The notes: generated by a model not told the origin, from the sequence alone. Positions 36,670 to 50,357 are shown, counted from the stretch's first letter. The stretch: DNA of 64,000 bases from Tubiluchus corallicola (GCA_030141605.1 JAQGDQ010000220.1:39786-103785), one strand, 5' to 3'. Translations and numbers: made by a program.

Positions 36670-37900
36670 AAACAAGCAGCATCAATTTGATTAGTGGATA
36701 AACAGCATCGATCGGCTTTGATCAGTAAATGAGCAGTGATGATCTTATCAGTGAATAAGCAGTGATGATCGGTTGTGATTACCGACTGTGCAATGGTCAT
36801 TGGTTGTCATCAGTGAACAAATAGTAGCGATCGATTGTGATTAGTGAATAGGCAGTGGCGAACAGTTGCCTTGTGACAGCCAGTTATGATCAATAAATAA
36901 GCAGTGGCAATCAGCTGTGATCAATAAATATGCAGTGGCAATCACTTGTGATTAATAAATAAGCAGTATCAATCAGTTGTGATGAAAAGGCAGTGATGAT
37001 CGATTGTGATTAGTGAATAGGCAGTGGCGAACAGTTGCCTTGTGACAACCAGTTATGATCAATAAATAAGCAGTGGCAATCAGCTGTGATCAATAAATAT
37101 GCAGTGGCAATCACTTGTGATTAATAAATAAGCAGTATTAATCAGTTGTGATGAAAAGGCAGTGATGATCGATTGTGATTAGTGAATAGGCAGTGGCGAA
37201 CAGTTGCCTTGTGACAACCAGTTATGATCAATAAATAAGCAGTGGCAATCAGCTGTGATCAATAAATATGAAGTGGCAATCACTTGTGATTAATAAATAA
37301 GCAGTATCAATCAGTTGTGATGAAAAGGCAGTGATGATCGATTGTGATTAGTGAATAGGCAGTGGCGAACAGTTGCCTTGTGACAACCAGTTATGATCAA
37401 TAAATAAGCAGTGGCAATCAGCTGTGATCAATAAATATGCAGTGGCAATCACTTGTGATTAATAAATAAGCAGTAGCAATCAGTTGTGATGAAAAGGCAG
37501 TGATGATCGATTGTGATTAGTGAATAAGCAGTGGCAATCAGTTGTGATCACTGAATAAGCAGTGATGATCGATTGTGATTAGTGAATAAGCAGTGGCAAT
37601 CAGTTGTGATCACTGAATAAGCAGTGATGATCGAATGCGATCAGTGAATAAACAGTGGCAATCAGTTGTGCTCACTGAATAAGCAGTGATAACCGAATCT
37701 GATCAGTTAATAAACAGTGATGATCGATTGTGATCAGTGAGTAAGTGGCTTCGATCAGTTATCAATCAGTGAATACACAGGAATGATTGGTTTCTGAACA
37801 GTGAGTAAGCAGTGGCAATTGTTTGTGATCACTGAATACGCAGTGACGATCAGTTGAGATCAGTGAATAAGTGATGGTGACCGATTCTGATCAGTGAATA
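36670..37900. repeat. ~31-bp monomer satellite with a 169-bp higher-order repeat
   Basis: Monomer GCAGTGGCAATCAGTTGTGATCACTGAATAA. GCAGTGGCGAACAGTTGCC recurs at 36852, 37021, 37190 and 37359. Confidence 0.95.
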
Positions 37901-40226
37901 ACCTTTAGTCACATACAAACTACAGCGATTAGATAATGAACAGATATACACTATTATACAGTAAGCTGATGATGATAAGCAACTAAGCAGAAGTGACTAG
38001 GAACATAGTACTCAATCGACACATTAATAATTTCGTAAAATAACGAGCAATCTCTTCGCAGAAAGTACTTCTGTGCCCGAGCTAAAAATATAGAAAAAAC
38101 GGTAAAAATATACAGGTCCAATGAAAACTTCAAAGTTTTATTCACTTGGTCGAACTAGCTAGCGAACTGAAAAATAACAGTTTCAGTGTTATCTAAGTCT
38201 TGTGAGGCATTGGTCAGTATGTGACAGATCACATGCAAAAATTGTTGTACACTGCATTATCAAAAATATACTACTTTTGTAGAGTCGGGATTTTTGGAAA
38301 TACTAAGACGGAAAGAAGAATGCTGACAGACCCAATGTATTTTTATGTGTAATCTCAAATAACAAAATATTTCGATTTCGTGTTTTGCCCCTTTACTTCG
38401 CTGAATGAATTCGATTTTTATATTGTATCAAGCACACTACGAACGGCAGTGTTCACAAAGACCCTAGAGACATCTCTATAATCAATATGACACTAATAGC
38501 AGTAATCTTATAACCCGGGATTCTATGCAGAATTTATTGAGTTATTTGCAATGAATGCGGATTCATGTTTAAAGGTGTATTCACACAGAGGTGAGAGCGA
38601 TCCGGTGATTTGATTATTCCATGTAACTATAAGACATTTTCCGTTCCGTCTTGGCCAGCGAAAATTGTCACTCCTAAAAGTATTGCCGAAATAAATATGC
38701 TTTTCTGACGCTTTTCTGCACCCCTAACATGTCTGATTACTGACAGTACCTACAGTGTCAGTTATTCTAGCACGCATGTGGCTATTAAAAGGTAAAGGCA
38801 TTTTTAAATGAAATATTTTTTTAATTTGCAGCCTCTTAAAAAGCCCAGTTTATCAACGATTTATAAAAGCCCGATTTTATACAACTGATACAGTGTTGCC
38901 ATCTGTAATTAGACAGATTAAGAGCACGAGCAAGTGCATCTTTGCCTAATTTTTTCTGCACTATTTTTTACGATAATGTGATATTTACGCAACGTTCGCT
39001 TTCACATGGAAGCAATTAGACGGCAGCTGCTCACTAGCAAACAAGCGCACAATTTACTGTAAAAGGCAGGTAATCATTATAGTTCAGCTAATTGCCTTGA
39101 TAATAACTGTTTCGTATTCATATCTACAAATAATAGGTAACTTAATAATGTAAAAAACTGAAATGGCACGGTACAAACGCGAAATGCAAATAATCATCAA
39201 TCTATGAAATATGATAACGATCTATACACAAAACGAGTTGAAACGCAACCGCATAAGCAATGGATGACACCATGATGTCCTCTTGCTTGTTGGCATCAGA
39301 GAGGATTGAACCCAGAGAATGAGACTGCTAAGCGTGTTTTCAGTCTGCTGCCACCAAACCAGCACAACTTCAAAGCAGGAGCGTGTAGAAATTATCAAGC
39401 ACTCCCTGTGGCCAAACCACAAACGCATTAGATCACTTAGTCACATTAGTGCGAACAGACGACTCAGCTGTAAACCTACAACTATTCTTCCTTCTCCAGT
39501 ATCACTGTTATACGTTAACCGGTTCAGTAAATCACATTCCGAAATTACAAAGAGTTGAAAATAAATTTTATTGGAAAAAATGAAACTACGTTTCGTTATC
39601 AAAACGCTCGTTTTCATTTTAAAAGTCTATTCACGAGCGCGACAGTTGTGTGATTTATTAACCCACTAAATCAAAGTTACCATTTCTCTATTGTATCTCA
39701 GCTCCTAGATACGAGCGGTAATGAGAATCCAGTAAGGACTGCATAAATCAGCGACTGATAATTCTATAGAATCGCTGAAGAATAATTTTTACACAATTGC
39801 TGATTCCAATTTGCAAAAAATGAGAAAGACGTGAAGACCAGGCATCTCAGAGTATGCGCCACAAACACGTGTAATAGGAAACGGTGATAAAAGATGGCAG
39901 CACGTTGCAATAGTCACGTAAACGGGCAGACTAACAGAAGTGAAGTGTTTTATGTATAACTGTATTAAACAACATTCAACTATTAGCTAATAATAAATGA
40001 TATAAATATTACTTTAAGAAATTAGCTTTATTTAAGGAAAAGTTAAAACTCGGCTGTTTTAACGTGTGGTGCAGTGCAGGAGTAAATCTTTGTCAGTCAC
40101 TTTGTTAGTCAGGAAGTCAGTTAGTTTGTCTGTGTATTTACCTGTCCTTCTGTGTGCCTATCTTCTTATTTCTCTAACACAATTTTTGGCGAGATGAAAG
40201 GAATAGCCGAGCGTATTGCTCAGTGT

Positions 40227-40291
40227 CTGAAATTAAGCAACGTGGAGCCTTGTCAGTAAGTGGATGATTGACAAGCGGGAACACAGCGTTT
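40227..40291 (+). mobile_element. 5S rRNA-like SINE fragment
   Basis: CTGAAATTAAGCAACGTGGAGCCTTGTCAGTAAGTGGATGATTGACAAGCGGGAACACAGCGT is colinear with the 3' half of 5S rRNA. Confidence 0.6.
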
Positions 40292-40707
40292 GGTCTATTT
40301 CACATGCCTTACAGCTTCTGGTCCTTTACCTCGCTGAGAGAAAGACATCTCTGCCAATCCCGGGACTCATCTTAGAAGACTGTTCTTGATAATGGGATAG
40401 TACCATTCCGCGACACTCAGCTGTATCAAGTTGTGCAGTAGAGTGTTAGATTTCGGCTTGCAGAGTTTCAAAGTATATCGAAATAGTTAGACGAGGGCAA
40501 CTAGTTCATGAATAAAAATGTAATGACTAAAATTCGCCTCTAAATGATTAATATGAGCTATATGTCTGCCTGCCAACTTGCACGACTGCACGCCTGACAA
40601 TCTGACTTTCCTGTACAAGTCTGTCCAGGGTATGGCTTATATTAGCGTTCGCGTTGCGAAAAATGCAGTACTTTACATGCTATAGCTCACAACAAGTCAA
40701 CATTTAA

Positions 40708-41191
40708 AGCACAAGAAAACACTCTTCATAAATAAAGTTCAATGAAATGTTATATCACTTATATGCTGTCTTATTGCACATAGAGCTTGAGTTAGCAGTA
40801 ATGCTGTTTAAAACTCATGCAATGACTGGTTAGGCGCAGCCAGTTTGACGGCAAGTCGTTTGGAACAAGTTTAAATAGCATTGCGTAAAGTTTGAAAAAA
40901 TAAAAAAGCATTCGTAGCGCCCCCTTTGCTAACTAAGCAAAAGTACAAATTAGTTTATCTTGTCAATAGAATTGATAATAATTATGTTTTGTAGTGAACC
41001 AGTGACGTTTTTGGTGCACACTGGGATAGTTGATTCAGTACTGTTTACCAGTTGTCGCGACAATGTTAAATTATTAAGAATTTTGTTTTTCAATAACATA
41101 AGTCTTTCAAACAGGTAAGCATAATGCGAAGTAATATAACTTTGTATGGAAAGTCCTTTGGGATATACTTTAAAATTCCTTTTCTTCCCCT
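40708..41191 (-). mobile_element. Kolobok/T2-like MITE family A
   Basis: TTAA|AGCACAAGAAAACAC ... TTTCTTCCCCT|TCAA. Confidence 0.82.
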
Positions 41192-41642
41192 TCAAAGCGC
41201 AAATTAGATTGCATAAAAGTTTATAAATAACTCACACGAAACGGTCAAAACCAGATTTCCTCTTTCACCTCTCAAACGTCTCATGTACGCCGATACGTCT
41301 GTTCTCCAGGTTTGTCAAAGCGACATAGATTCACCTCTTCATTAGTGTTTATAACCGATCATGCGGAACGCGAAACCGCAAGCGTACACAGCAGTTAATC
41401 GATGCTCTTAATCAATGGCTTCAACTTACCCAGAAGAGAAGGATATATTCAATCAATGGTGGCTTCTCATCTTACAAGAAAAGCACGATTTGCCTTGGTT
41501 GTAGTCAAATGCGTCTCACCAACCTCGATGGAAAATGTGTTTATTGGAAAATGTGTCTCTAAAAGGCCTGCCAAGCAGACAAACATGCTGACAAGCAGCT
41601 AAACAGACTTATTGGGCAGTGGGCAAGAAGGACAAGTTTTAA

Positions 41643-42060
41643 AAAGGAAAAAGGGAATAAAGTATATTCGAAAGAACTTTTCATACAAAGTTATATTACA
41701 TATTACGCTTATGTTTAATAATGTATACTTGGTAAAGAAAATTCTTAATGAGTTAAAACATTAGCACGACTTGACAAATGACACTGCATAACCATCCCAG
41801 TATGCACCACTGATTCACCAAAAACACATTATTGATCTTATTGGCAACATATTTCTTTCAAACTTTAGGCAATGTTATCAAAACTTGTTTCAAACGACTT
41901 ACTGTTAAAATGGCTGCGCCCAACGGTCATCGCAGGAGTTTAAATTTATAAGTTTTATATAGCGTTAGAGCTAATGCAAGCTCTGCATGCAATAATACAG
42001 CAAGTAAGTAATACAAGACGAATTTTTAAGCTTTATTTATGAAGAGTGTTTTCTTGTGCT
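41643..42060 (+). mobile_element. Kolobok/T2-like MITE family A
   Basis: TTAA|AAAGGAAAAAGGGAAT ... TTTTCTTGTGCT|TTAA. Confidence 0.8.
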
Positions 42061-42306
42061 TTAACTAGAGCATATTAGCACGAACCAGCGTTCAAACACA
42101 GGGCTATTTATAAAAATAAACAGTTGTGGCGGGGCAGGAACGTGCCAAACATCAAGTGGTAGGATGCAACATTGAGCTGTCTGCCCCACAGGATCAACCT
42201 AAGATAAGATGCTAAACCGATGAAGTGCACGTACGCTCTCCTTCAACGAGGTTAGTGTCTAGGAGAGAGCAGCAAGGGGAAACTGGGCAAAAGCAGCTTT
42301 CCAAGA

Positions 42307-42349
42307 GGTCACCCATCCATTTAGAAATCACTTCAGTTGGTACTTAACT
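42307..42349 (-). mobile_element. 5S rRNA-like SINE fragment
   Basis: Minus strand AGTTAAGTACC...AAATGGATGGGTGACC. Confidence 0.45.
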
Positions 42350-42807
42350 AAATGCACACAAAGACCACTAGGCATGAAAAAACAAACGGATGGAGGACAC
42401 TCGACTATATTCAGTCTTAAAAACACTCTCTCCAGCAAATAAATTCTCAGCATAGTAGATTTATGGTCACCTCTAACAATACCCACCAGGCACTACATTA
42501 CATCACATTAACACAGCACTCGGCTATGCCCTATATATTCAATCTATTAGGAGCACTGGGTCTTCTAGATAAAGTAGAAGTGCAAATTGCATGTGACCGC
42601 GGACAATCACGGCTACGCATTACCCTAATATAATAGAGATGATGACTAATGTAATCAGATGGTATGGAGCAAGGTCCAAGCGGAGCTCTTTAATTCCATA
42701 GATGTCCATAATATGGAGCTATTGTGTTTCTCTTGTCCACAGCACACGGACAGGGCATATTAACTTGGTGGTAAGAAAGGGCTGGTTTGTGGGCAAAAGG
42801 CTGTTAA

Positions 42808-43162
42808 AAGGAAAAAAGGGGAATTTTAAAGTACATCTAAAAATTCCATGCAAAATTATATTACTTAGCGTTACGCATATCTGTTTGAAAGACATAATAT
42901 GTAATTAAAAAACAAAATTCTCGATCATTTGAAACGCTCATGCCAACTTTATGATGCCAACTGGTAAAAAGTTACTGTTTCACTATTCAAACTTTAGGCA
43001 ATGTTATCTAAACAACTTGCCATCAAAAGTATAAAAGTGACTTGTCATCAAAATGGCTGACCCTAACGGTCGTCGTGGTTTAAACTGTTAACGCGCATGT
43101 AGGTGATACAAAATTTCAAGATGATTTGTTAGCTTTATGTAAGAATACTGTTTTCTTGCTCT
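42808..43162 (+). mobile_element. Kolobok/T2-like MITE family A, internally deleted
   Basis: TTAA|AAGGAAAAAAGGGGAATTTTAAAGTAC ... TTTTCTTGCTCT|TTAA. Confidence 0.72.
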
Positions 43163-45701
43163 TTAAAATGCTAACTTTAGTGCTGACACAAAAGGAACTA
43201 CAGCTGGATTACATTGGAAATACTTGCCAGAATTTCCACTTCCCAATAACCTATTACGGGGCGAGTTTAGTCGTTTTTTTAATCTCACCAAATAGTAGGG
43301 AAAGTTAATAGCTAAGTGGTTACGGGTTACGGTGAGTACAATAGGATGGGCTTATCTCCGTGAGGCATCATGAAATAGGCATAACCAAACATAACCAAGC
43401 TTCCTCTGCTTGTCCAGCGTTCCGCCATAGAGAAGTATATTTGACAAGGAGTTAGATTCCGGTCCCGCTACAATCACTTATATTAACTTGGACCTGCTGA
43501 TGAGTGCCAAAATCTGACTTGCAGACACTCGCCAAAGGACCTTTTCACTTGTTTAAACCGAAAATGTTGTTTGGCTCTGCAATACGCAAACTGAGAAACC
43601 CTTTCAGCTTTATTGCCTGAACGACGCCTAATGTTTTACAAACGTCCATTTCATGCATAATTTACTGTTTGCCTGAAAAACTATCAGCACGTCAAAAGCT
43701 TTGTAATGCAAATATATCGATTTCGTTTTAAAATAAAATTGGAGTTACCGATATGATCAAATCTTACAAGCTGTCGTGGCTTTTTGCTGGTTAGAAAACA
43801 AAGTGCGATACGGTCTATCAATCAAACAAACCCAAATAAGGAAGCAGAGCACCACATTCAGAGTATTTCACACATGGCACGGCGGTGGCAATGCAGTTAT
43901 CCTTGTTTCCAGTGATACTGCAGAATGCTGAATGTCCTTTTTATACGAACATCAAAATAAAGCATATGAATGAAATTTGCGCCTTTGTGTGCCTTTATCC
44001 GTAATCTTCTAAATAGCCGTTTTCATCTATAAAATTTTATTTTCTGCAGTACATAACGTTTTATCCTGCTTTCATATTTTATACTTCCTTCTAAACTTTT
44101 TTTAAAAATTTTAACTAAATATTTCGCATTAAATATAAACAAATAAACAAAATAAAAATTTAGAACTTAAGAATCTAAAACATTACAAATGTCTAAAATA
44201 GCATCGTATGTGAATTCACGACGTCACCTAGGTGTTACTACATTCTATTTTCCAAGTAAATTTTCTCATAAATGGTGCTGTTCTTAACGCAAAGTTTGCA
44301 AGTGCTCAGACAGTCTAGAATTTTCACGCATATTTTATTTTTGCGCACAGGCGAAAATCTGTATATTTGTGCTTTAATACTCCAATACAAAGTGACAAAA
44401 CTGATGGAGAAATCCCACGACAGTAGCGTTGGCGGCAATCAATATTTTGATAAAGGCGAGAACACGTTTATTAAGTATGCAATTTATATTTCGCCGGCTC
44501 TAAGTAACGCAATTTTCTCCAAAATTGTCCGCCTCAATCTACCAACGAAACACTTTTGCAAAGTTAATTTACGGGAAAATGTCAAGTTACCAGATCAATA
44601 CTCGCCAGTCCTATTCTTTACAAGCTTAGCACACATCTGTATTGTCCAATATTGGGAAAAATTCTACACTTCTGATTGGCTAAAAAGGAAGATACAATTT
44701 TGCAGTGTAACAGTGACACAAGGTTCTGTTACACGGTTAATGTAAACAGCGGCACACTCAAAGCGTTTCTGATTAGTTAACTGTACATGTACAATGCTAA
44801 AATAGGTTTCCAACTACAGTCAAACCTATAACGACCCCCTTTATAATGCCAACCTCGCTTAACACCAATATTTTGGGCAAAACAAAATCTCTATATCTGT
44901 ATAGACATGTAAGCATTAATGCACCGCTTTATAATGCCAAAGTGGGTGGCACAATAAACTTTTACCAAAACACAGCTCTATACAGTTTAAATAAGTTAAG
45001 AAAGATTTCTTCTCTTTTAGTCATAACTATTATAACTATTTACACGGAAATTTTCAAATTTACCCGCTGTCCCAGAATAGAATGTTTTTAGTCCTTAAAG
45101 TTTATATAGCCTCAACATTTGCAATTGAAATACTTGCAGTAGACTGCAGTATAATTACTAATATTTGTATTATCGAAGGGTAAGACGTTTAACTTTGCTT
45201 TTCACATTGTAAATTAAAATGCTTCTAGTCTGAGCATGCTTCTCCATGCGGGCCTTAATTTATTTAGTAAATGTAAAGCTTAATTCAGTGAAGGAATTTG
45301 TCGTTTGAGTGGATTAAAGCAATTGCTTTAGCCGTAAAATCGTTCCAAATCACTTTCAGAGACCGACAAAAAACAAACTGCAGAGCTGTAGGCGTCATTA
45401 ACACAGATTATAGACTTATTAGTACCTGATTATCACTGAAATCCAAAACGATTTTTAGCTTAATGCTATTTTCACGACAGGAGCGGGTGAGGTAACGGAA
45501 ACCAACACAACTGTTTCCGGTCTGGGATATTTTTCGCTGAATTTTCCTGTATTCTGGGTAACTTTCGAAAATCCGAAATCATTTTTCGCCGACCGCTGGA
45601 TACTACTACACAAACTGTGCAATTTGCTCACGGTGGAGTTAGAAGCTGGTTTACTCTAACGATCGAAGTTTCTACTGAAAAAAAATGGGATTGAATTAAC
45701 C

Positions 45702-46006
45702 CAGTGGTTCCCAAACTTTCTCGGACCGTTACCCAAATCGGGAAACCCGGTCGTGTCCATTACCCCCCACCTAGTACTACTTCTCCAACTCAAAAAGTAA
45801 ACACACGTATATGCCACAAGCAAGCAAAATTATTTATGTTTGCTCGTGACATAAATAAATTTCCAGGTGTTGTTGTTGTATTGTTGCATTTGTATTGTAT
45901 TGTTGTATTTGTAAAAAAGTTTTAAAAATTTTCAGAGGGGTGCCCGTTACCAAAAAAAACCATATTACCCCTGGGGGGTAATTTACCCCTACTTTGGGAA
46001 CCACTG
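45702..46006. mobile_element. hAT (Buster/Charlie-type) MITE, 305 bp
   Basis: TIR CAGTGGTTCCCAAA; perfect 8-bp TSD AATTAACC (45694-45701 and 46007-46014) with a central TA. Confidence 0.93.
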
Positions 46007-46721
46007 AATTAACCGAATGAAAATTGTAAGGACTAAACTACAGGTAAATCCCGAGAGTAAAGTAAAGTAAATCCCTTTCAGTAAAGTTCGTTTTTTTTCA
46101 AAAAAATTGAATAAATGTGGATTTAAATTTGGATGTAAATGGTGACATTGAAACAAGTTTAAAAATAACGAAAAACAATGTTACGCCTATTTCTCTGTTT
46201 AGGATTACAGCATGTGTTAAGACTGCCGTGCTCGCTCAAGACACCACACTACTTACGGACCTATTGCCTTTTGAATTTGCATGTTGTCCTGGACTCCAGA
46301 CCAACTGACATTGAAGCGTAAATGTTTAAAAAAGTGCAGACATTAAATTTATGACATATATTCTAGGTCGGGACAGTACTATTTTACAAGACATTCTTTT
46401 CGTTATACCACGCATTCTAGGTCAAAGTTCAAAATGTAACTATAAATTTACTGCGGCAAAGTGTTCACCCACATACGATCTCACAATAAATTCAATGTCT
46501 CGTCTCAATATACAAAAGAGAAAATTCTTACAGCCCATAAAAGTACAGGGCGGACCGTAACAAGTGTACCAGCAATCATTATAAAATGCAGAAAATATTA
46601 ACGAAAAATATTTCCTGCCCGTTATCTGATATCAATACTGTTGTTTTATGAGTGATATTTTGTGCTTTTTGTGCTCTTTTGTTTTTCACTGTGTTGTGAA
46701 TTCAGATGCTTAGTTAATTAA

Positions 46722-47130
46722 AGCACAAGAAAACACTTTACATAGATAAAGCTTAAAAAATTGTCTTGAAATTTTATATCATTAGCGTGCTGTCTTATTG
46801 CATAGATCTAAATCTATGATGCATAGATTGCATGATTTAAATCTGTATAAAACTTGAAAATTTAAAGTTTGAAAAAATAATTAGAGCATTCGTAGCACAC
46901 TCTTTGCTAACTAAGCAAAATAAGATCAATATTGTGTTTTCTTGGCGAGCTAGTGGTACACACTGGGATGGCGATGCAGTGTCATTTTATCAGGCGGCAT
47001 GAACATATTAAATTAATAAGATTTTTCCCAATTACATAAGTCTTTCTAACAGGTAAGCGCAATGCTAATTAATATAATTTTGTAGAGAAAGTTCTTTGGG
47101 ATATGCTTTAAAATTCCCTTTTCTTCCCCT
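46722..47130 (-). mobile_element. Kolobok/T2-like MITE family A
   Basis: TTAA|AGCACAAGAAAACAC ... TTTCTTCCCCT|TTAA. Confidence 0.85.
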
Positions 47131-47642
47131 TTAAACATTATGTTATTATTATTACACGATTATGTCATTAAGAATTATCTCTGCCATATCAAAATGCTGA
47201 AATATTTTTTCCAAACTTTCTCATTTAGCACTTTTAAATTGTAATAGAAGTAAACTTCTGATTCATTAGTCATGCCTGGAAAGAAAAATCTTTTAAAAAA
47301 TTCACCCTATGCACTAGTGACTGAACAGTAAAGAATAATTCTAAACTTTCTATTCTAATAGTTGCGTTCATTTGTCTAGGTTCTATTGTGCTGCTGTCTA
47401 AACCAAGAATGAAAATCAAGTTCTAAAATTTACTAATGACTTAGTCAAACTCGGCAAACGGCAACAAGCGAGTGAGAGGTCTAAGAGAGAATCTTTTCCT
47501 GGAGCATTGGTAAGGTCAAGCAACTGTTGGAGAAGTTCTATTTATTTGTTCTGCAATCACTGTAGGATTTCACTACTGCAAACTGGAATGTTTTGGCTTA
47601 CGCTACACAATATTTTTGTTCACCTACTCACTAACCGTTTAA

Positions 47643-48117
47643 AGGAAAGGTCAAGCCTTCTAAGAGGTCAGGCGTATTTCAATGTTTACGAAAAGTGTTA
47701 GAAAGATTTAGTAATAAAACTGCTATAAGCACATCATGTAAAGAAGCACCTTGAAGAAAAATAGCGCACTGTCAATCTTTATCAAAAATATAATAAGTCT
47801 TTAAATAAATTAGATAGCTAATTATGTAATATTTCTTCGTCAACATTAAGTAAGCTGCAGAAGTTTGAATTGGTTTAAGTAGCGAGCGCTTACGGAAAGC
47901 CCCGATGCGCTTAGAACAGCACGAAGTCTCCCAGTTACGTCATGATATTCAAGTGAATGACGGCAACCACCACGCCTGAAAATTTCTATTTAGAGGTAGT
48001 ATATTTGAAATTTATGCTTTATGGGTAGTTATTTACAATTTTTTTTGGTTATATTTTTCTAAGTTTAAGTGATAACAGTAGAGTAAACCCAACATGCTGA
48101 GTGACTTTTTCTTTCCT
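47643..48117 (+). mobile_element. Kolobok/T2-like MITE family B
   Basis: TTAA|AGGAAAG ... CTTTCCT|TTAA; shares TAAGCTGCAGA, CCAC.CCTGAAAAT and TCTAAGTTTAAGTGATA with 22245-22698. Confidence 0.75.
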
Positions 48118-48269
48118 TTAATGATAAATACATATTGCATGTTTCGTACTGCATTTTGAACCCATTTTGAGCAAAATAAATTTTAATGATCCATTCCAAA
48201 ATTCTTATATGACAATAAAATGTCAAAGACAAATTTAAATTAGTAGTTTAGCTTTTGCCTGTGTCTGTA

Positions 48270-48846
48270 TTCATGAAAGATATGATAATTTTGAAGAACA
48301 GAGAAAAGTATACATTTTAATATCTGTAATAATGCGGAAGCATTTCTGATAATTAAATAGGTTAAAAACTTAATTAAGAGCAAGCGAGCCCAACTGGTGA
48401 TGACATCATAAGTGAACATAAGTTTCAACAACACAAACATTCCATGAGCATAATCCACGTCATTGTGAAAGCGAAAATAGAAGTACAGTGCTATTGTACA
48501 ACATTCAGTACGATATACAAAATATGTGAAATTCAAATTTCAAATTTACCACCATGCTCACGCATGAGTTCTCAAAAGAGTGCACAACGTCACAACTGAA
48601 CACCTCTAAAGCGAGAGTTACAGAACCTGTTTTGTATGCAATGCATTTCTATCTATCTCACAAATGACTTAATGCACGTAACAGCGGAAAGACACCCGCA
48701 AGAATACTAAATTATGTTTTTGTGGTAATAATTTTTTCATGTAAGTCATTCTTGAAAAAATACTAAAAAATACTATGTTCCCTTACAGTATTTTATAGTG
48801 CAGAATGTTTGGAGCTATAGTTTAAGACTGGGTCCGGATTTTCTTT
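48270..48846 (-). mobile_element. Dispersed repeat family C, copy in Homer intron 1
   Basis: Reverse-complement homologue of 16135-16735. Confidence 0.75.
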
Positions 48847-50357
48847 AAAGTATGTGACAAAATAAGTTCAAGACCAAGATTAAAAGTTTTGTATTATTTG
48901 CAAAGCTTTTCTGTACATGAACAAATTTGTAGCTTAGCGGCTTTAAAAATGCAGAAAACTAATTTAGCCGAAATCCACTACAACAGACAGTCAGATAGAC
49001 AGCATTCAATTCATGCTGGTCCGAAATCGAAATCAATAATAGGCAAAATTCTATTTGTCAGATCAATATTAAATTCAATAAAGCGTGTAGGTTATTAGAT
49101 CACTACATGCCAAGATGGGGTTGCTTTATTAATAAAGTATTCATAGCAATCGATGTGAATGCTTTGAGCAAATGACGATTTGCAAGTGCATTACACAATG
49201 TGGTTATAGTTAGCCAACAGAAAACAGCAATTGTGTGCCAAAACGGAGTGGAAAAATAATACTTGTGTTCGGACTGAATAAAATGCTGGCATAAGTGAAA
49301 GAGTTAAGTTTTGGCTGAATATTTTGCACAATAAGCTTTTTCACAGTTTCGTTGTGTGCATGCACAGTTGCTACAGGTCAAAGGTTACGTGTACCACAGC
49401 AATGCGTCTTAACTACAACTGTCATGTGACATGTATGTAAAACACAGCCCTTTGCCACATCAGTTCGGTAACTTCATTTATTTTACATGGGCTTCACTTA
49501 AACATGCATTAGTCTATGCGTAGAGTGATTTACTAGCAGGATCTTGTTTAGGAACAACAAGAAATGCATTAGGTAAGGTTCTAGCTAGCTGAAAACTGTG
49601 ACTATTACAAAAGCATGGGCTGCGAGACGTTGTCAAGTGAGGTACACTTAACATTTGACCTTTTCACGACCATCGCCAAACGCTGGAGCTCTGAAAAAGC
49701 TTATTGGCAGCATGAAGCAACTTTATTATTAACTGCAGGTTCTGCCCTATCTGTGTCTCCACTCTTAACAGCTGTATAATGCAGCAATGGTATATTCATT
49801 TGATCATTAATTTGAGTCTAGGCATAAATACACAAATCCTATGTAATGGAGACATTATCTGAACCTCGATTTGCACCTTTCTCGAAGTATTCTGCTGTTT
49901 CATGCAGACATTTGACACATGGGTAGAACTAGCATAGGGAAGAGATTTTAGGTGCCTCATATATATTAAATGGTCTTGACTGAAAATTAGCAAGGTCTTT
50001 TTCAGAAAACAGGCCAATGAATTTGCAGATTCATGGCTTTACTGCTCAATGTATATATAAATATATATATATATATAATTAAAAGTTAAGGGTTGCAAGC
50101 TCTTACATGTATACATGTAAGCTCTCTTTTATCCAAAGAACTGCAGTAAGTTTATATTTGCTGAATAAGGACACCATTGATGAACACACATGGTAAATTT
50201 GATTAGTTACTAGAGTTTATAATGGTGGTGGGTACATGGCCGAGTAGATATGCACATGCTTAAATATGAGTAGTGTGTGGCCGCCGTGGATTTGATACTC
50301 ATTGCAAGGCTGAAACATTGGTTGTTTGTAATGTAAAGGGAGGATGCATAAACAAAT

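Noticed and set aside
36670-37900. CRISPR-like array of ~31-bp repeats
   Set aside because: Units are contiguous with no unique spacers, the context is a eukaryotic intron, and there are no cas genes.
41231-41432. Minus-strand donor-like sites (gtgagt at ~41235, gtaagt at ~41428) as further Homer first exons
   Set aside because: Neither has an open phase-2 frame from an ATG; no coding support.
44272-44745. 157-aa plus-strand ORF in Homer intron 1
   Set aside because: AT-rich, no recognisable domain, and no convincing exon structure; likely a chance ORF.
44815-44945. TA-CAGTCAAACCT... pogo/Tigger-like left end
   Set aside because: No matching right TIR was found, so the element cannot be delimited.
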